Below are positions 27,001-40,096 of a stretch of 64,000 nt of DNA, in pieces. Each line of letters starts with the position of its first letter. Within the stretch, counting starts at the first letter, position 1. The notes under the pieces were generated by a model. It had not been told where the DNA came from. It searched no databases and saw nothing but the letters and a program-made list of their open reading frames with translations. The position numbers and the translations under genes are program-made. Source of the DNA: Octopus vulgaris. Taxonomy: Eukaryota. The stretch lies in contig OX597818.1 in NCBI GenBank assembly GCA_951406725.2, positions 139,376,001 to 139,440,000 on the forward strand, in the 5' to 3' direction.

Positions 27001-28167
27001 AAAATGTAAATGACAATATATTTCAGAAGTTTGTAATATGAAAGAGAGCTCTATTTGGCTGTTATTTCTGGTTGACAGACTCTCATAGTGAAACTGAAAA
27101 ATCTGATTGTACACTTGTTATTCGCACCTTTCTCGATGCTACCAGTAACAATTACAGTTAATATTGAAACAAGACTTTTGTTAATGTAACTATACACTGG
27201 CCTGTCCTTAAAATTGACACGTTTAATGTTTTTACGTAATTCATCAGATGTCCAACCAGATACCTGAATATACGAGAGTATATCTATATCAATTTTGGAA
27301 AGGCTGAGTGTTATTTATATATTTCTGTTTAATAGCTAGACTGTGATACACAAGGAAGACAAGTAAAATCATTCTGGCATTTATCCAGTTTTACGCTGAT
27401 CGCTATTCAATGGGATTATGCTGACCGGCTTCATAATACGGCATATAAGTGACTAAACAGTCACTCAAATCTGTTCGGATTATCCTAAACCCTACGTTTG
27501 CTTTATCAATATGATACCTAACGTTTTAAAGTGTCTGAAAAATGCTGTGCGGTATTCATTTCGGATTTTACGTTCTGAGATCAAATCCTGTCGAGGGCAA
27601 TTTAACAAAGTACTAGTCCAAATAAAGTACTAATCAAGATACGGAGGTGAGGGTATTGACTAACCTTTTCATTCAAAATTACTGGCCTTGTGTTTAAATC
27701 AGAAATCATTATTATTAATATTCAGTATCGAAAGAGTGACAGACAAGATAGCATGCAATATTCTTTCCGGCTTTTTACGTTCTGAGTTCAAATTCCAACC
27801 AAGTCAAGTTTACCTTTTTACCCTACGAGACCGATAAAATAAAGTACCAGCCAAATTCTAAGGTAAATGATATCGAGTAATCCCATCTCATCAAAACTGA
27901 TGCCCTTGTGTTTAATTTTATGAATAATATTTTCCTTCGATTTCGCTTCCTTTAACAATCCCAGACACGCGTCAGCTACATGCCTAGGACAGATATTGCC
28001 ATGTAATGGTGGCTTTCGCAGCCTAATGTCGCTATAAACAAGTATGATGTTAATCTAGAATCAATATATAAAGATATTGATTTCAGATTAATATAAAGAT
28101 ATTAAATTACATAAGTTAGAAAACGGGATATACATACATACATACATACACACATACATACATACAT

Positions 28168-28198
<31 letters not shown>

Positions 28199-28715
28199 TA
28201 TCATAGAAGGGAATTCAGTATTAATTAATCGGTATTACAATGATAAAAGTTTACCAGTGGTTGAATATATTCTTAAGTCAACCATTTCGTCAATCACAGC
28301 AGCTTCCAAGCTTCACCACTGATTCAGTTTTCAACTAAATTGTAAACTGTTAATAGTTTTAAGGAGGACACCTCCTCAGTTACACTTTGGCATAAATAGT
28401 TTGAGATTTGGTTCAGTAGAAAAAATAGTTACATCAAAATATCTGCGACCTCAAGGGGGCAGTAAGGTAGATATTCATCGTCAACTAACATAATTTTTTT
28501 TTATTTTAAATAAAAAGTATACTTTTCTTAGGCTTAAATCATAGAAAAATGCATGAGGAATTCAGAATCGTTAGTTACATTGAACAAAAGTTAGTACAAA
28601 AACAGTTATGAGGTAAAATGTTTCGAAATTTAATGTCAGTAAGTGAGGAAGTAAGAAGTAACACCCAAGCAATAAGAATAAAGAATATATTTCTAAAATG
28701 AATGCTTTCTTTCTA

Positions 28716-29016
28716 AGGCGGCGAGCTTGCAGGAACGTTAGCTGGCCGGGCGAACTGGGTAGGAGTATTACGTTTCGAGTTCAAATTTTGCCGAGGTCGA
28801 CTTTGACGTACAGATTATTTAACTAAACACTTTCAAACTTCCGATATTGGTAGAATGGGTCACATAGAACAGGGTTTACTCTTAACGTTTTTCACAAAAT
28901 TTTGTACTTTAGAATGTTTTCATTCTAAGGCGACAAGCTTGCAGGAACGTTAGCTGGCCGGGCGAAATGTTTAGGAGTATTACGTCTCGAGTTCAAATTT
29001 CGCCGAGGTCGACTTT
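28716..29016 (+). mobile_element. Two SINE A 5' fragments sharing private variants
   Basis: 28716-28805 and 28927-29016 both carry cttgcagg, agctggccggg and taggagtattacgt. Confidence 0.75.
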
Positions 29017-29417
29017 TCCAGTTCTATAATCTTAAGAATATTACTTCTCATGCTCGCATTTTTCCATGTAATATAAATATGTGAGCCGTACTGCTGAGGA
29101 CGAACTTTTTTAAAACTTCATAAATGTTGGATTTACCTGAAATGTTTGCATGAAACACATCTTTGTTAATGACAGAGTGCGCCAATCAAAATTGGGGTTG
29201 TTTGTGTCTTTAATTTCCACATAATGCTAATTTCGATTTCTAGACTTTTCTACGTCGCAAATTTGTCGTACAATTTAAGCAGATAATTATTCTCAGATTC
29301 TATGATCATATCAATGAATTGGAATGTTTTATTATTAAAACCACTAATGATAATAGTTGATCGATTGATTTGTTTACAAAGTGATTTAATTTGAAACCAT
29401 AAGTTAAAATAGAAGAA

Positions 29418-29850
29418 AGGCACAAGTGAGGCTGTGTAGTAAGAAGTTTGTTCCCTAATCACACGGTTCTGAGTTCAGTCCCATTGCGTGGCACCTTGGG
29501 AAAGTGTTTTCCACTATAGCCTCGGGTCGACCAAAGTCTTGTCAGTGGATTTTATAAAGAGAAACTGAAAGAAGCCCGTCGTATATATATATGTGCGTTT
29601 GTGTATTTGTGTGTGTATGTGTGTTTGTATATTTCTGTCTGTGTTTGACTCCCATCAAAACTTGACAATCAGTTTTGGTGTATTCACTTCCTCGTAAGTT
29701 AGCGGTTCGTCAAAAGAAACCGATAAAATAAGTACCATGTTTTTTAAAAATATACTGGCTCGATTAATTCATTCGATGAAAAATTCTTCAAATTGGTGCT
29801 CCAGCATGGCCGCAGTCTGACTACTGAAACAAGTGGAGGATAAAAGATAA
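29418..29850 (+). mobile_element. Full-length SINE family B
   Basis: Head, CORE-like ggcaccttgggaaagtg and tail ggtgctccagcatggccgcagtc. Confidence 0.85.
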
Positions 29851-30829
29851 AAGACACTATTGATAGATTATGGAAGAGCCATAGTAGTTATTTAATAGCT
29901 CAAAGAAGAATTGTATCACTGACCAGGTTGAAGTGGAGCGTCGAAAATATCAGCACCTCATGAAATAAATTTAAATATTAAGTGATATTTAACAGCATCA
30001 CGTGCTATTAAATAGCCATGATATCTTTTCGACGCTGTAATTGTTCCTTCAATATGTACTTTTATTATTTCCCAACTCGACCACAACTTTCTTCTCTTTT
30101 AGTGTCTTTGATTGCATGAAGAGGAAAAACTACTGCTTTACTATTGCATGGAATACTGATATCAGAGGCAGTTTCCTATTATTTTTTTCTAGATTGGTTT
30201 ATGATTCCACAAGAGAGATTTTATACCGAATTCGCATACGAAGATAATTTTGAGTTCTACTATTACAAGCGGAACTCTTCTTCCGAGAAATGAACTTATT
30301 TCTCTAAATGTATATTTTAAACTCTGATATCAATGGTTTCTAATCATCTTGAATTTTATAGTTTTATAATAGCTGTATAATTGCAGAAAATCCACACCCA
30401 CTGAATTCGTAGTAACATATAATCTTCCCAAATCTGCTTCCGGCTTGTGTATTCTTAATTTCGTCATTATTTTCCGTTTATGTATAATATAATATTGCTA
30501 ATTTACGCAGCTTGTTGAAAATGTAATTATAATTTATTGCTGAAATCGTATGTTCAGAACTTATTATCTTATATATTCTTGCTTCTAATTCGGTAATTCT
30601 GAGGTGACAGTTAATGTGTGTATATTTCTTTCTAAACTCTTCTCTTGTTTATATATGTACATTAATATATAAGTATTTGCAATTTGATTTTATACAGTAT
30701 CAGTAATATTGCCCCTCCTCCTCCTCCTCATCATCATCATCATCATCAACAACAACAACAACAAAAACAAAAACAACAACAATAATAATAATAATAATAA
30801 TAATAATTATTATTATTATTATAACAGTA

Positions 30830-31040
30830 GTTTCAAATTTTGGTACAGGGTCATCAATTTCGAGGGAGGGCCCCGGTGCTCAACATCAGCCCCTGTGCTC
30901 AGCTAGTACGTATTCTATCAATCCCGAAAGGATAAAGGACAAAGTCGACCTCGGCGGAATTTGAGATCAGGACGTTAAGACGAGAGAAATATCGCAAAAC
31001 ATTTTTCCAGCGGGCTTACGATACGGCCAGCTATCCGTCT
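30830..31040 (-). mobile_element. Older SINE family A copy
   Basis: aaagtcgacctcggcggaatttgag core. Confidence 0.75.
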
Positions 31041-31458
31041 TAAGAACACCACTAATATTAATTATGATTATGATTATAATTATAATAATAATAACACCAA
31101 TTTTTACTATTATACCTAGTTTTATTCAATCTTATGGAACCAATTAATTTTTTCAGCCTGATACTTATTTTAGCGGTATATGAATGTCGAACCGCTAGGT
31201 TACCAAACACGGAAGTTTACAGCATATGCCACAACAGAACTACAAGAAAACATGCACACAAATGAACTCATTCTTTCCTTCACTTTCTTCTCCTAATTAT
31301 CGCTTCCGACTCCTCCTCGCTATCCTTCTTCCTTATATTTTTAGATTAACCTTCCCGTGATTTTTCCATTGTCAAAGTCTCATCTTCCTTTTATTATAAG
31401 TCTGGATTGATGATATTTAACTGAAGCAGACAGAAGGAAGGAGAGAGAAATAGAAATA

Positions 31459-31668
31459 CGGTAATACCTCGCCATATCGCGGTTTGTTATTTAAGCTTAT
31501 GTCGATTCCTCCGTGGTGTTGTTATGCGTTTATATTAAAATAAATATATACAAATTATAAAAATAATTAAAAATATAGAGTACAGTACTGTTTCTACTTC
31601 GCGGATTTTCATCTATCGCGGGGTTTTTTTTTTTTGAACGAACATCCGCGATAATCGAGGGATTAATG
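31459..31668 (-). mobile_element. Tigger/pogo-like MITE
   Basis: ta|cggtaatacctcg ... cgagggattaatg|ta. Homologous to 20841-21047. Confidence 0.78.
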
Positions 31669-31672
31669 TAGC

Positions 31673-32220
31673 TCATTGATTTTTGTTGTTACTTAAAGCA
31701 TGCGGAACCCATGTTCCATACTTCTGAAACTTTCCCATCGAATGAAGATGCTTCTTTATAGCAGTGTGGGAGCATTCCATTTTCTCTGCCAGTTCCCTTG
31801 TCGTTTGACGAGAATTTTCGTGAAAAAGTTGGTTTAATTGCTCTTCATCGAGCTCAACTGGATGGCCAGAACGAGGTGAGTCTTTGAGGTCAAAATTTCG
31901 ATTTTTGAAATTGGCATACCAATCACGAGCGGTTCTTTCAGCTATGGTACCCTCTCCATACATAGCACAAATATCGTGAGCAGCTTTTGCGGCCTTAGAA
32001 CCTTGAATAAAAGCAAAAAGAAAGGGGTGTTGAAAATGCTCGTTTTTCTTAACTTGACATTCCATTTTAATGATCTGAGAATAAACAAAAATTAACTAAA
32101 ATTAACTAGAAAAACAAAAACAAAAACAAAATAGACTTCAAAATGATTCAAAAATAGAATTCTCGAAAAGAATAGATTCCAAAATTTAAAAAAAACACGG
32201 GAACTTAGTTGCAAACCCAA
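31673..32220 (-). pseudogene. 5' fragment of a second mariner family (HTH region of the transposase)
   Basis: ORF 32065-31673 with DSPRSGHP and WVPHAL, and a TIR-like end ggaacttagttgcaaacccaa|ta. Confidence 0.88.
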
Positions 32221-32438
32221 TAGTTTGTCAAATGTGAGTCGGCAGAGTGGATTGTCAACTTTCTGTAAGTAAATCTACTTCACAATGCATGTTGTAGCTT
32301 GCATTGTGAAGTTACTATATTTCGTACGTTTGGAACAGTCCAATGCATAGAAATAAATGATATAACATATGATAGATAATGTAACCTAGAACAGACAACA
32401 TGAGGAATAATGCATTGTGTTTGCTTAATCATTCGTTG

Positions 32439-32511
32439 AACAGAGTGGCGCAGTGGAAGTGTACAGGGTCCTGAATTCAGTGATCTCTAGATGAAAATCT
32501 ACGCACTGCGA
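32439..32511 (+). pseudogene. Degenerate initiator tRNA-Met copy
   Basis: aacagagtggcgcagtggaagtgt...tagatgaaaatctacgcactgcga aligns end to end with metazoan tRNA-iMet (AGCAGAGTGGCGCAG.GGAAGCGTGCTGGGCCCATAACCCAG...). The anticodon arm and B box are mutated. Confidence 0.75.
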
Positions 32512-32722
32512 AGATATGGACACTATTTTTGATATCTATACATCGCAGCTGTGTGGTCTATAAATGTGCGAACCCCATGCTTGTATATATACCTACAGAG
32601 AAGACAAATTAATTTTATGTAATAGAAATTTATACCAAAATAAGGATCACCTACCTAGCGGGGTACACCTAAGCTCAAGTAGCGTAGCGGACATAGACAA
32701 TAACAAGAATTTTCACTTACTA

Positions 32723-32915
32723 CAGTGGTTCGAAATCGGGGTCCATTTAACTTCGGGGGTCTATATAAGATATTTTTGCTAAAAAGTATGTGAAATAAAT
32801 TGCATATGCTTCAATTACAATTCACAGTAATCTTTAGTTATAACAACATAATGCGATTTTTTAAACATCGAGGAGTCAAACGGGGCTATAGGTAAAAAAT
32901 GGTTGAGAACCAGTG
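32723..32915. mobile_element. hAT (Charlie-like) MITE
   Basis: Termini cagtggttc...ggttgagaaccagtg and an imperfect 8-bp TSD acttacta/gcttagta. Confidence 0.7.
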
Positions 32916-32987
32916 GCTTAGTACAAAGGGTAAAAGGTAAATGCATAAATAACTAAATGGACGAACATGCTGAATATTAAAGACGGT

Positions 32988-33317
32988 AAAAGATCCCCTT
33001 CGGTCATGAACTACCATGTGATTGTACCTAGAAGGTTATCCTCCAAGGCCACACGCCCGGGAAAGGTTGTTGATAGAAGACAAGCAGTCGCTCATACATA
33101 CCAGCCTCCCTTCTCTACACCCTCGATGTTATCAAAGAGAGAGGCCGATACAGCTTGGCACCAGTAACTCAATTCAGCAAACTCATTTCTACAGCTGAAT
33201 ATAGCCGAAGCAACGTGAAATAAAGTGTCTTGCTCAACCCGGTCTGGAAATCGAACTGATTTCCTCATGACTGTGAGGCCGACGCTCTAACCACTGAGCC
33301 TGAGCCAGGCACCTTCA
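32988..33317 (-). mobile_element. tRNA-derived SINE family D
   Basis: Minus strand: ggctcagtggttagagcg (A box), agttcgatttcc (B box), ttgagcaagacacttt domain and tail catgaccgaaggggatc. Confidence 0.8.
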
Positions 33318-33418
33318 CTATTAAAGTTGCTGCATCATTAAAATAAATATACATACTCCAAATATCCTTTTGTTTGACATAAGTCCATATTTCTAATAGC
33401 AATGCATAGAAGGATTAA

Positions 33419-33488
<70 letters not shown>

Positions 33489-33973
33489 ATATACAGCTGT
33501 AAGAACTCATTTTGCTTTAATCAGCATATGGCAGTAGAAGTAATATGGAAGTATAACTGGGTTTTTTTTTCACATGCCCGGATTTGGAATGATTTTAAAA
33601 ATCTATGGAAATTTAACTGAGACTATCTGATAATTCAATAAGATTTAATGCTATTTCCTTATAAATAAATTTTATATACACTTAAATGGGATTTGCAAAA
33701 TAAATTCTTTATATTTCATAGAGTACTTTGTTAAAGCGATTACACGTAAAAATAAGCGCAAAAATCAAAAGCAGAAAAAACAAATGGACAACGTGCATGG
33801 AAAATTACTACACTCGGATTTTTGCTCACTTTCAACTGCTGATGAAGCAAATTGTGTGTGTGTCTGTGTGCGTGTGATTCCACAACATATAGCTATTAGA
33901 TATAGAAATCTCTGCTCAGGAAAAGGAGATATAGACAATGTTTGTTTATTTTAATATGTGCACCCGATATTAT

Positions 33974-35900
33974 TTAACCCTTGGTCTACAAACAACCTTT
34001 CCCGGGTGTGTGGCCTCGGAGAATAACCATGTAGGTACAATCACATGGTTGTTCATGACCAAAAGGGATCTTTTGTATGTCATTAATTACCAACTGGGTC
34101 CAATGGACCTAATAGTTTTCTTTCAATTAAATTTCATTCAAACTACCACTATTTTTTAGCTACATTATATATGCTATCAGGTGAATGAAAAATTATTGTT
34201 TCTCCCAAATTTTAATAAAAAAATACAGCTTCCAGAATATATAAATTTTAAAAGATTACAAAAATACAGAATTACAGTTCTTCATGGCAGTGTATGCAGA
34301 CAAAATTGGAATGTTCCTGTCAAATATGGATATTGCAATTCTTATAAGTAATACGAGTTTTCCTGCCTTTTTGGGGGCCTCACAAATACCATTTTCATTT
34401 TTTATGTGGTTGAGGAATCTCAAATGAGGTTGAAGATAGTCTTCTTTTCTTGCTTAGTTGAGAATGTTAGCGGAACTAGAAGACTGTTTGTCACGTTCTT
34501 GTTTAGCATTAACTCCAACAAGTTCCTTTCCTAACTGAATTAGGCGCTATCTTCTTTTATCCTTGAAACTTTGCAAGTGAAGCTGTTTAGCAACAATGAA
34601 AGGATTCACTAACTTTTAGCAATCATGTTGTAGAATATATTCATAGGCAACCTTAGAGTCATTCTTTTGCAAGTGCATGTCCTTACCATTTTATCTAGGA
34701 TATCTTCTTACGGTCTTATCTAGGGTATCTTCTTTCTATGTTGTCCCCTTGTGGGAAATAAAAAAAATCATCTTATCTAGGGTATCTATTCCTCCTTTTG
34801 TTTTGTTGTAACATGTTATAACTTCAGATTTCTTTTCAGCACTTTTTGAATCAATTGAAAGCTGAGAGCGCATTGTAGTTATAAGTGTGACTACATAATT
34901 TTTCTTGGGACAATAAGATAGGATCATAGAATCCTTTTGAAATCCAACCCTTTCTTTTCCATTTGTGAAAGCACTTGGAAGTTCAACTCTGTTCTTTCTA
35001 ATTGTTCCAACTAAAGTAGTTTTCTTGCTAAGCAGCTTTCGAGCCGATCCTAGACTTGTAAAAAAAAATATCACAAGTTATATATAAATATGAGTTTGCG
35101 ACCAGTATTTTCAAGTTCTTTTACTAGATCTTCAACAACTCTTGAACCTTGATTTGTCTCTCTCCCTTTTACTGAGTCTTTTTCAGTGTAGATTTGCATT
35201 TTCCAGGCATAAGATATTTCCCTATCGCATATTGCTCAAACTTTAATTCCGTATTTCCCTGGTTTTGAAAGAATATATACCTAGAATGGGAAGCATCCTC
35301 TGAATGAAACTAATTGTTCATCAACTGTCATGCATGAGCTTGAAACATATCCATCTTGCAAATTCTGATTCGACATTTCAATTACTTCTCTTAACGGCTC
35401 AAATTTATCATAACTTCGCTTTTTTCTTCTTGCACTAGCATCATCAAAGCACAATACTTGTAAAAATCTGTTGAAATCTTCCCTGTTTCATAATTTTGTT
35501 GGGCGGCCATCTTCTTGACTCCATATCTGTGTGACATTTTCATGTTTAGTTTTATAACACCTATAACAATAATCAGTGCAATAAATTTCTTTATTTCAGA
35601 GTCATCAATTTCTTTCCATTTATCTTTGTAGACAACCTGACCTTCAACATTTGTCCATTTACGAATAACTTCAAGAAGATTCTGGTACGTAAAGATAGTA
35701 AAACATGTTTCAATACAAGACCTTTTAGCAAAACGGGATTGTCCATATTCTTGGCGCACAATAGTGCAAGATGAAGTTCTTACTGCCACTTGAGTAAGAG
35801 GATTAGGATGCAAAACGTCTTGTCTGTCCCTAGAAACATATTACTCGTTCATAACTGGGTGGTTTGAGTGATGAAAGAAAGCCAATAATGACCCGTTTTT
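33974..35900 (-). mobile_element. Decayed piggyBac transposon
   Basis: Possible ttaa|ccct terminus at 33974, interrupted by a SINE D tail at about 33983-34073, plus transposase remnants. The other terminus was not found. Confidence 0.75.
34560..35813 (-). pseudogene. piggyBac (PGBD-type DDD) transposase pseudogene
   Basis: TVDEQLVSFRG...KPGKYGIKV (about 35245-35330), LVGTIRKNRVELP and YNKTKGGIDTLDKM. Multiple frameshifts and stops. Confidence 0.9.
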
Positions 35901-36001
35901 TTTGCCCGTCCTAATTGTTGTTTCTCTTGTCCACCTATGTATCGTCTATCTGTCGGAACGTTTTAATGTCTTCTATTATGTTTTGGTTCCATATATATAT
36001 A

Positions 36002-36327
36002 TATTATATTAAATTAGAGACAAAACCACTATTAGGCAAATCATACAATGAAAAACTTAAGACAATACATAAGATTATTTAATTTATATTATTTAAATAT
36101 ATAACAAATCATTAAAAATATAATTAATATATCACTACGATCGTTTCATGGCTGTTAATTTCTTTAAATTTTCGAGTTACAGTCATTCATTAGGTGGTTT
36201 AAATATTTATCTTTGCGAGGTTTAAACAATGAACTCTAATTTAATATAATATAATATTTTACTATAAAATTGGATTCAATCCTAAATCTGAATTTTCCCT
36301 GTAAGTTTGGATTTATTCCCTAATATT

Positions 36328-36330
<3 letters not shown>
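36002..36330 (-). mobile_element. Penelope-like terminal fragment in (TA)n with a core-mutated hammerhead
   Basis: Minus 36196-36133: cac-CTAATGA-atgactgt...acagccat-GAAAC-gatc-GTA-gtg. An 18-bp inverted repeat lies at 36002-36019 and 36234-36251. Confidence 0.75.
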
Positions 36331-36416
<86 letters not shown>

Positions 36417-36627
36417 TGTATGTATGTATATTTACTACTATTGACACAAACCCTGAAACTTTGGAGTAGGGGGTTTGCCGATTGCATCGCCCACATTGTT
36501 TGAAAGGTAGTTATTTTAACGACCCCGGAAGTAGGAAAGGCAAAGTTGACCGCAGGGGAATTTGAACTCAGAACGTAACGACGGACCCAGAGAGAGAGAG
36601 AGACACACACACACAGACAGAAAGAAA

Positions 36628-36673
<46 letters not shown>

Positions 36674-37202
36674 GCGTGTCCATGGATATGTGTGTCAATA
36701 TATACACACACACATAGACAGCTATTTATAAGCGTGTGCGAATGACACCGTTTCCGGTATGTGCGAATTAGTATTTACGCGTCGTTCCAGAGCGTTTTAC
36801 AACTTTTACCTCCATAATACTATGCCTACTTTGGTGAATGTCTTGGAAAGAAAGCGATTAACCGTTATATATTAGGCAATATAAATATATTCTCATGCCT
36901 ACGCAGCAGTTTACACACGAATGTATGTATATTTACATAAAATACAGACTTCCATACATTCATACAAGTACATACATAGATACATGCATACATGCATGCA
37001 TACATACATATATATATACATACATACGCTTGTCTGTGTATACGAGTACATGTATATATGGATATGTGTATAGAAATGTGTATGTACATATACATATACA
37101 TGCATACACACACACACACACACACACTCATATATATATATATGTATGTATACATGCACGCACACTACACCCATGCATATTTGTATATAGAACATACATA
37201 TG

Positions 37203-37236
<34 letters not shown>

Positions 37237-37678
37237 GTATGTATGTATACATATATACATATATACACACATATAGTCCCTGTAGACATGCTGTACATAC
37301 AAAGAAGTTCTCATGTGCATACACTATATGAGGGTATGTTTATATTAACCTGCGCGCGCTTATAAACATACACACATATAGGTATGTATGTGAACACACA
37401 AACACATACACACACATATGTATGCGTGTATTCATTTCGTATATTTGTGTGTGTGTGTGAGCTTGTTTGCATAGTACATATATAGGCTGATATTTTACAT
37501 ACGCACGTATCCCAAGAATCTATTCGACAGGAACTGATGAAAACCACGCAAAACTCCCCATCTGTTTTTAATTCGAGTTCCAAATACGCAAGCCAGGACT
37601 TAGCAGAGATCTAATGTTGCTCGCATTGCTCTGTCCTTCTTCCGGAAGAGACCAGCAGACATCTGCAAGGGAACTCAC

Positions 37679-37754
37679 TGTAGTTGTTTATATAGATTAA
37701 GGGGATTTAGGGGAGCTTATAGTGAATAGGGGGTCTTTGCCCGAGGCAATCGTT
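37679..37754 (-). other. Candidate 76-nt non-coding exon
   Basis: ctattttgcag|AACG...TACA|gtgagt, with stops in all three frames. Confidence 0.22.
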
Positions 37755-37929
37755 CTGCAAAATAGATGTAACAGCATTTAAATTTTTAAGCCTTATCTCT
37801 CCACTATCGCCGTTCTACGCCTATATACACAGAAACATATCAACATCATGTATAAATACAAGATCACACGCAATCGCACACATATACAACTCTGTATGTA
37901 TGCATGCATGCTTGCATATATGTATGTAT

Positions 37930-38930
37930 TTATGTCATTGTTCAGTTTCTTTCAAGATTTCTTTCCAGCAGAGAAAGAACCGGTTTTTAACCTAGATCCA
38001 AAGCTCCTTCACTGGAATTTCAACATCAGCAACAGGGTATTTTTGTTTGTATGTATGTATGTGCAGATTTGTATGTTTTATGTATGTATTCTTATGCATA
38101 TAGTTGCATATCTAGACACGCTCATATAAACATCTGGAAAGTTTTACAGATTTTTACAGTTCCAGTCATGGACTGGATCATTAGTCTTCGAATTAGCTTT
38201 CTCTTTTCTGGTTTTAATAAGCCCACTTTCTTAAGATTGGTATTTAGACAGTGTGTTACATATCCCAGGGCTCCAATAATTACAGGTATAAACCTGAACT
38301 TTGGATTGAATAACGGCAGATTTCTCAATAGTTAAGCATAGGTATTCTCTTTTTCACTGATCTTCAGCCTTTTTATTAACACCCGTTGGGCAGCTAATTT
38401 CCACAACTGCGCACAGTTTCCCTTCTTTATCTCAACTCATTATATTAGGTCTGTTGTGCTTACATTTCATTGAGGTCTTCACTAGGACATTCCACCAGTA
38501 CTCCTTTGTATTATGAGTGACTATGGCTACTATCATGCTGTGAGTACTTATTTCTTTGTCCTCGGGGTTATCCTTCCGACGTATAACATCATGACTCATC
38601 GGTAGCTATAACATCATGTCTCACCGGTAGATCAACCGTGATGACATTTTCGAACAACTGCTTGTGATGTGGGTGATAGCTTCGGTATTAACTCCACAAA
38701 GTCTGAATAGGTTGTCACATTTTACTGCTTTTTCTGCAGCTCCATCGCTTTTGTGTATCAGGTATTTGGTTGGTATTTCCTTTTCCTGGATGGCAAACGC
38801 ATACCCTCCAAAGTAGGAGGTAGTAATCCGGCTATTGATCCATGATAGGCTGCTTTGATGATCAATGTTAGTATCAACTCGGAGCTTTCTACTCACATAT
38901 TCATGCTTAGTCTTCTGCTCATATAGGCTC
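37930..38930 (-). mobile_element. 3' fragment of an R4/Dong-like non-LTR retrotransposon (restriction-like endonuclease domain)
   Basis: AIQEKEIPTK, zinc-knuckle remnant RLCG...ITHITSSC, HNRPNII and FIPVIIGALG. Both sides run into (TATG)n. Confidence 0.85.
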
Positions 38931-38969
38931 ATGTATGTATGTATGTCTGCATGTCTGTATGTATGCATG

Positions 38970-39003
<34 letters not shown>

Positions 39004-40044
39004 TGTATGTATGTATGTATGTATGTATGCATGTATGTATGCTTGCTTGTATGTGCATGCATGTATGTATGCTTGCTTGCTTGCATGCATGCATGTTTAT
39101 ATGAATCTGTACGTATTTACGTATGCATATTTGTATACACAAAAACATACTCTCACACAAATGTATATATATATATATATATATTATCTATGCATACATA
39201 CATACATACATACATACATACACACACACATATATGTATACGCACACAACACACACACACGCATATGTATGTGTGTGTCTGTGTGTGTATGTATAGTGAG
39301 AGAGGATAGAAACAAAAGCTATTTCTTTTTGAGTTTTCGTTATACGTAAGGTAGCAGTGTCTACTGGTAGATCATAGAGTACACGTGTTTGCAAGTGTTG
39401 ACAAAAGACAAATGTAATAGTTGAAACGAAAGTGTTTCACATAGACAGGTACACGGCAAGGATACAGAGCATGGATAATTATAAATGTTTTGTGGTACTA
39501 ACTTAACAAAGTATGAACGTTCTTTCACATCCTGGTGATCTTTAAGAATAGACAAAAAAACCCCCAAAAAACCAAACGAACAAAGAAACAGTTTAAAGCG
39601 TCGTAGGATGAAATCGAAAAGAAACCTAGAAAGGCAAGAGGAAGAAAAATGATATCTCTCACTAATAATAGCAATGTTAATAATTTCTTTAAGGTGGAGA
39701 GCTGGTTGGTTTGTTAGCACGCCGTATTCACGTTCTGAGTTCGACGTTGATTGACATCCTTTCGGTGTCAATAAAATGTCTGCCTTGTGCCGAAATTTGG
39801 AATCAATATTTATAACTTTCCTTGATATAATACTAGAAAGCTAATCTTAATTTACGATCATAGTTTATATATAGTACGTTACGTTTGTTTAGAAATTTCT
39901 CTGTATTGCCTTATATAATTTTCAGGGACACACGCAAACAGAATCTTTAGGCTCGTTTATCGCTTTGGTAAAGCTCGGTTGCATCTATAACTGACCAATT
40001 AATGTAATATCCTGTATTCTTAAATTTCAGACTAGATATGTTCT

Positions 40045-40096
40045 GGTAGAAAATTCTAGTGAGGTAGAAAATTCTAGTGAGGTAGAAAATTCTAGT
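40045..40096. repeat. 18-bp tandem repeat, about 2.9 copies
   Basis: Unit ggtagaaaattctagtga. Confidence 0.9.

Noticed and set aside
29937-30037. Short nested inverted repeats (agcgtcgaaaa...ttttcgacgct)
   Set aside because: Probably an old MITE remnant, but termini and TSD cannot be defined.
32277-32312. 13-bp perfect stem with a 10-nt loop
   Set aside because: Too short for a pre-miRNA and has no second copy or context.
40045-40096. Short direct repeats as a possible CRISPR array
   Set aside because: Contiguous tandem units without spacers, in eukaryotic DNA with no cas genes.
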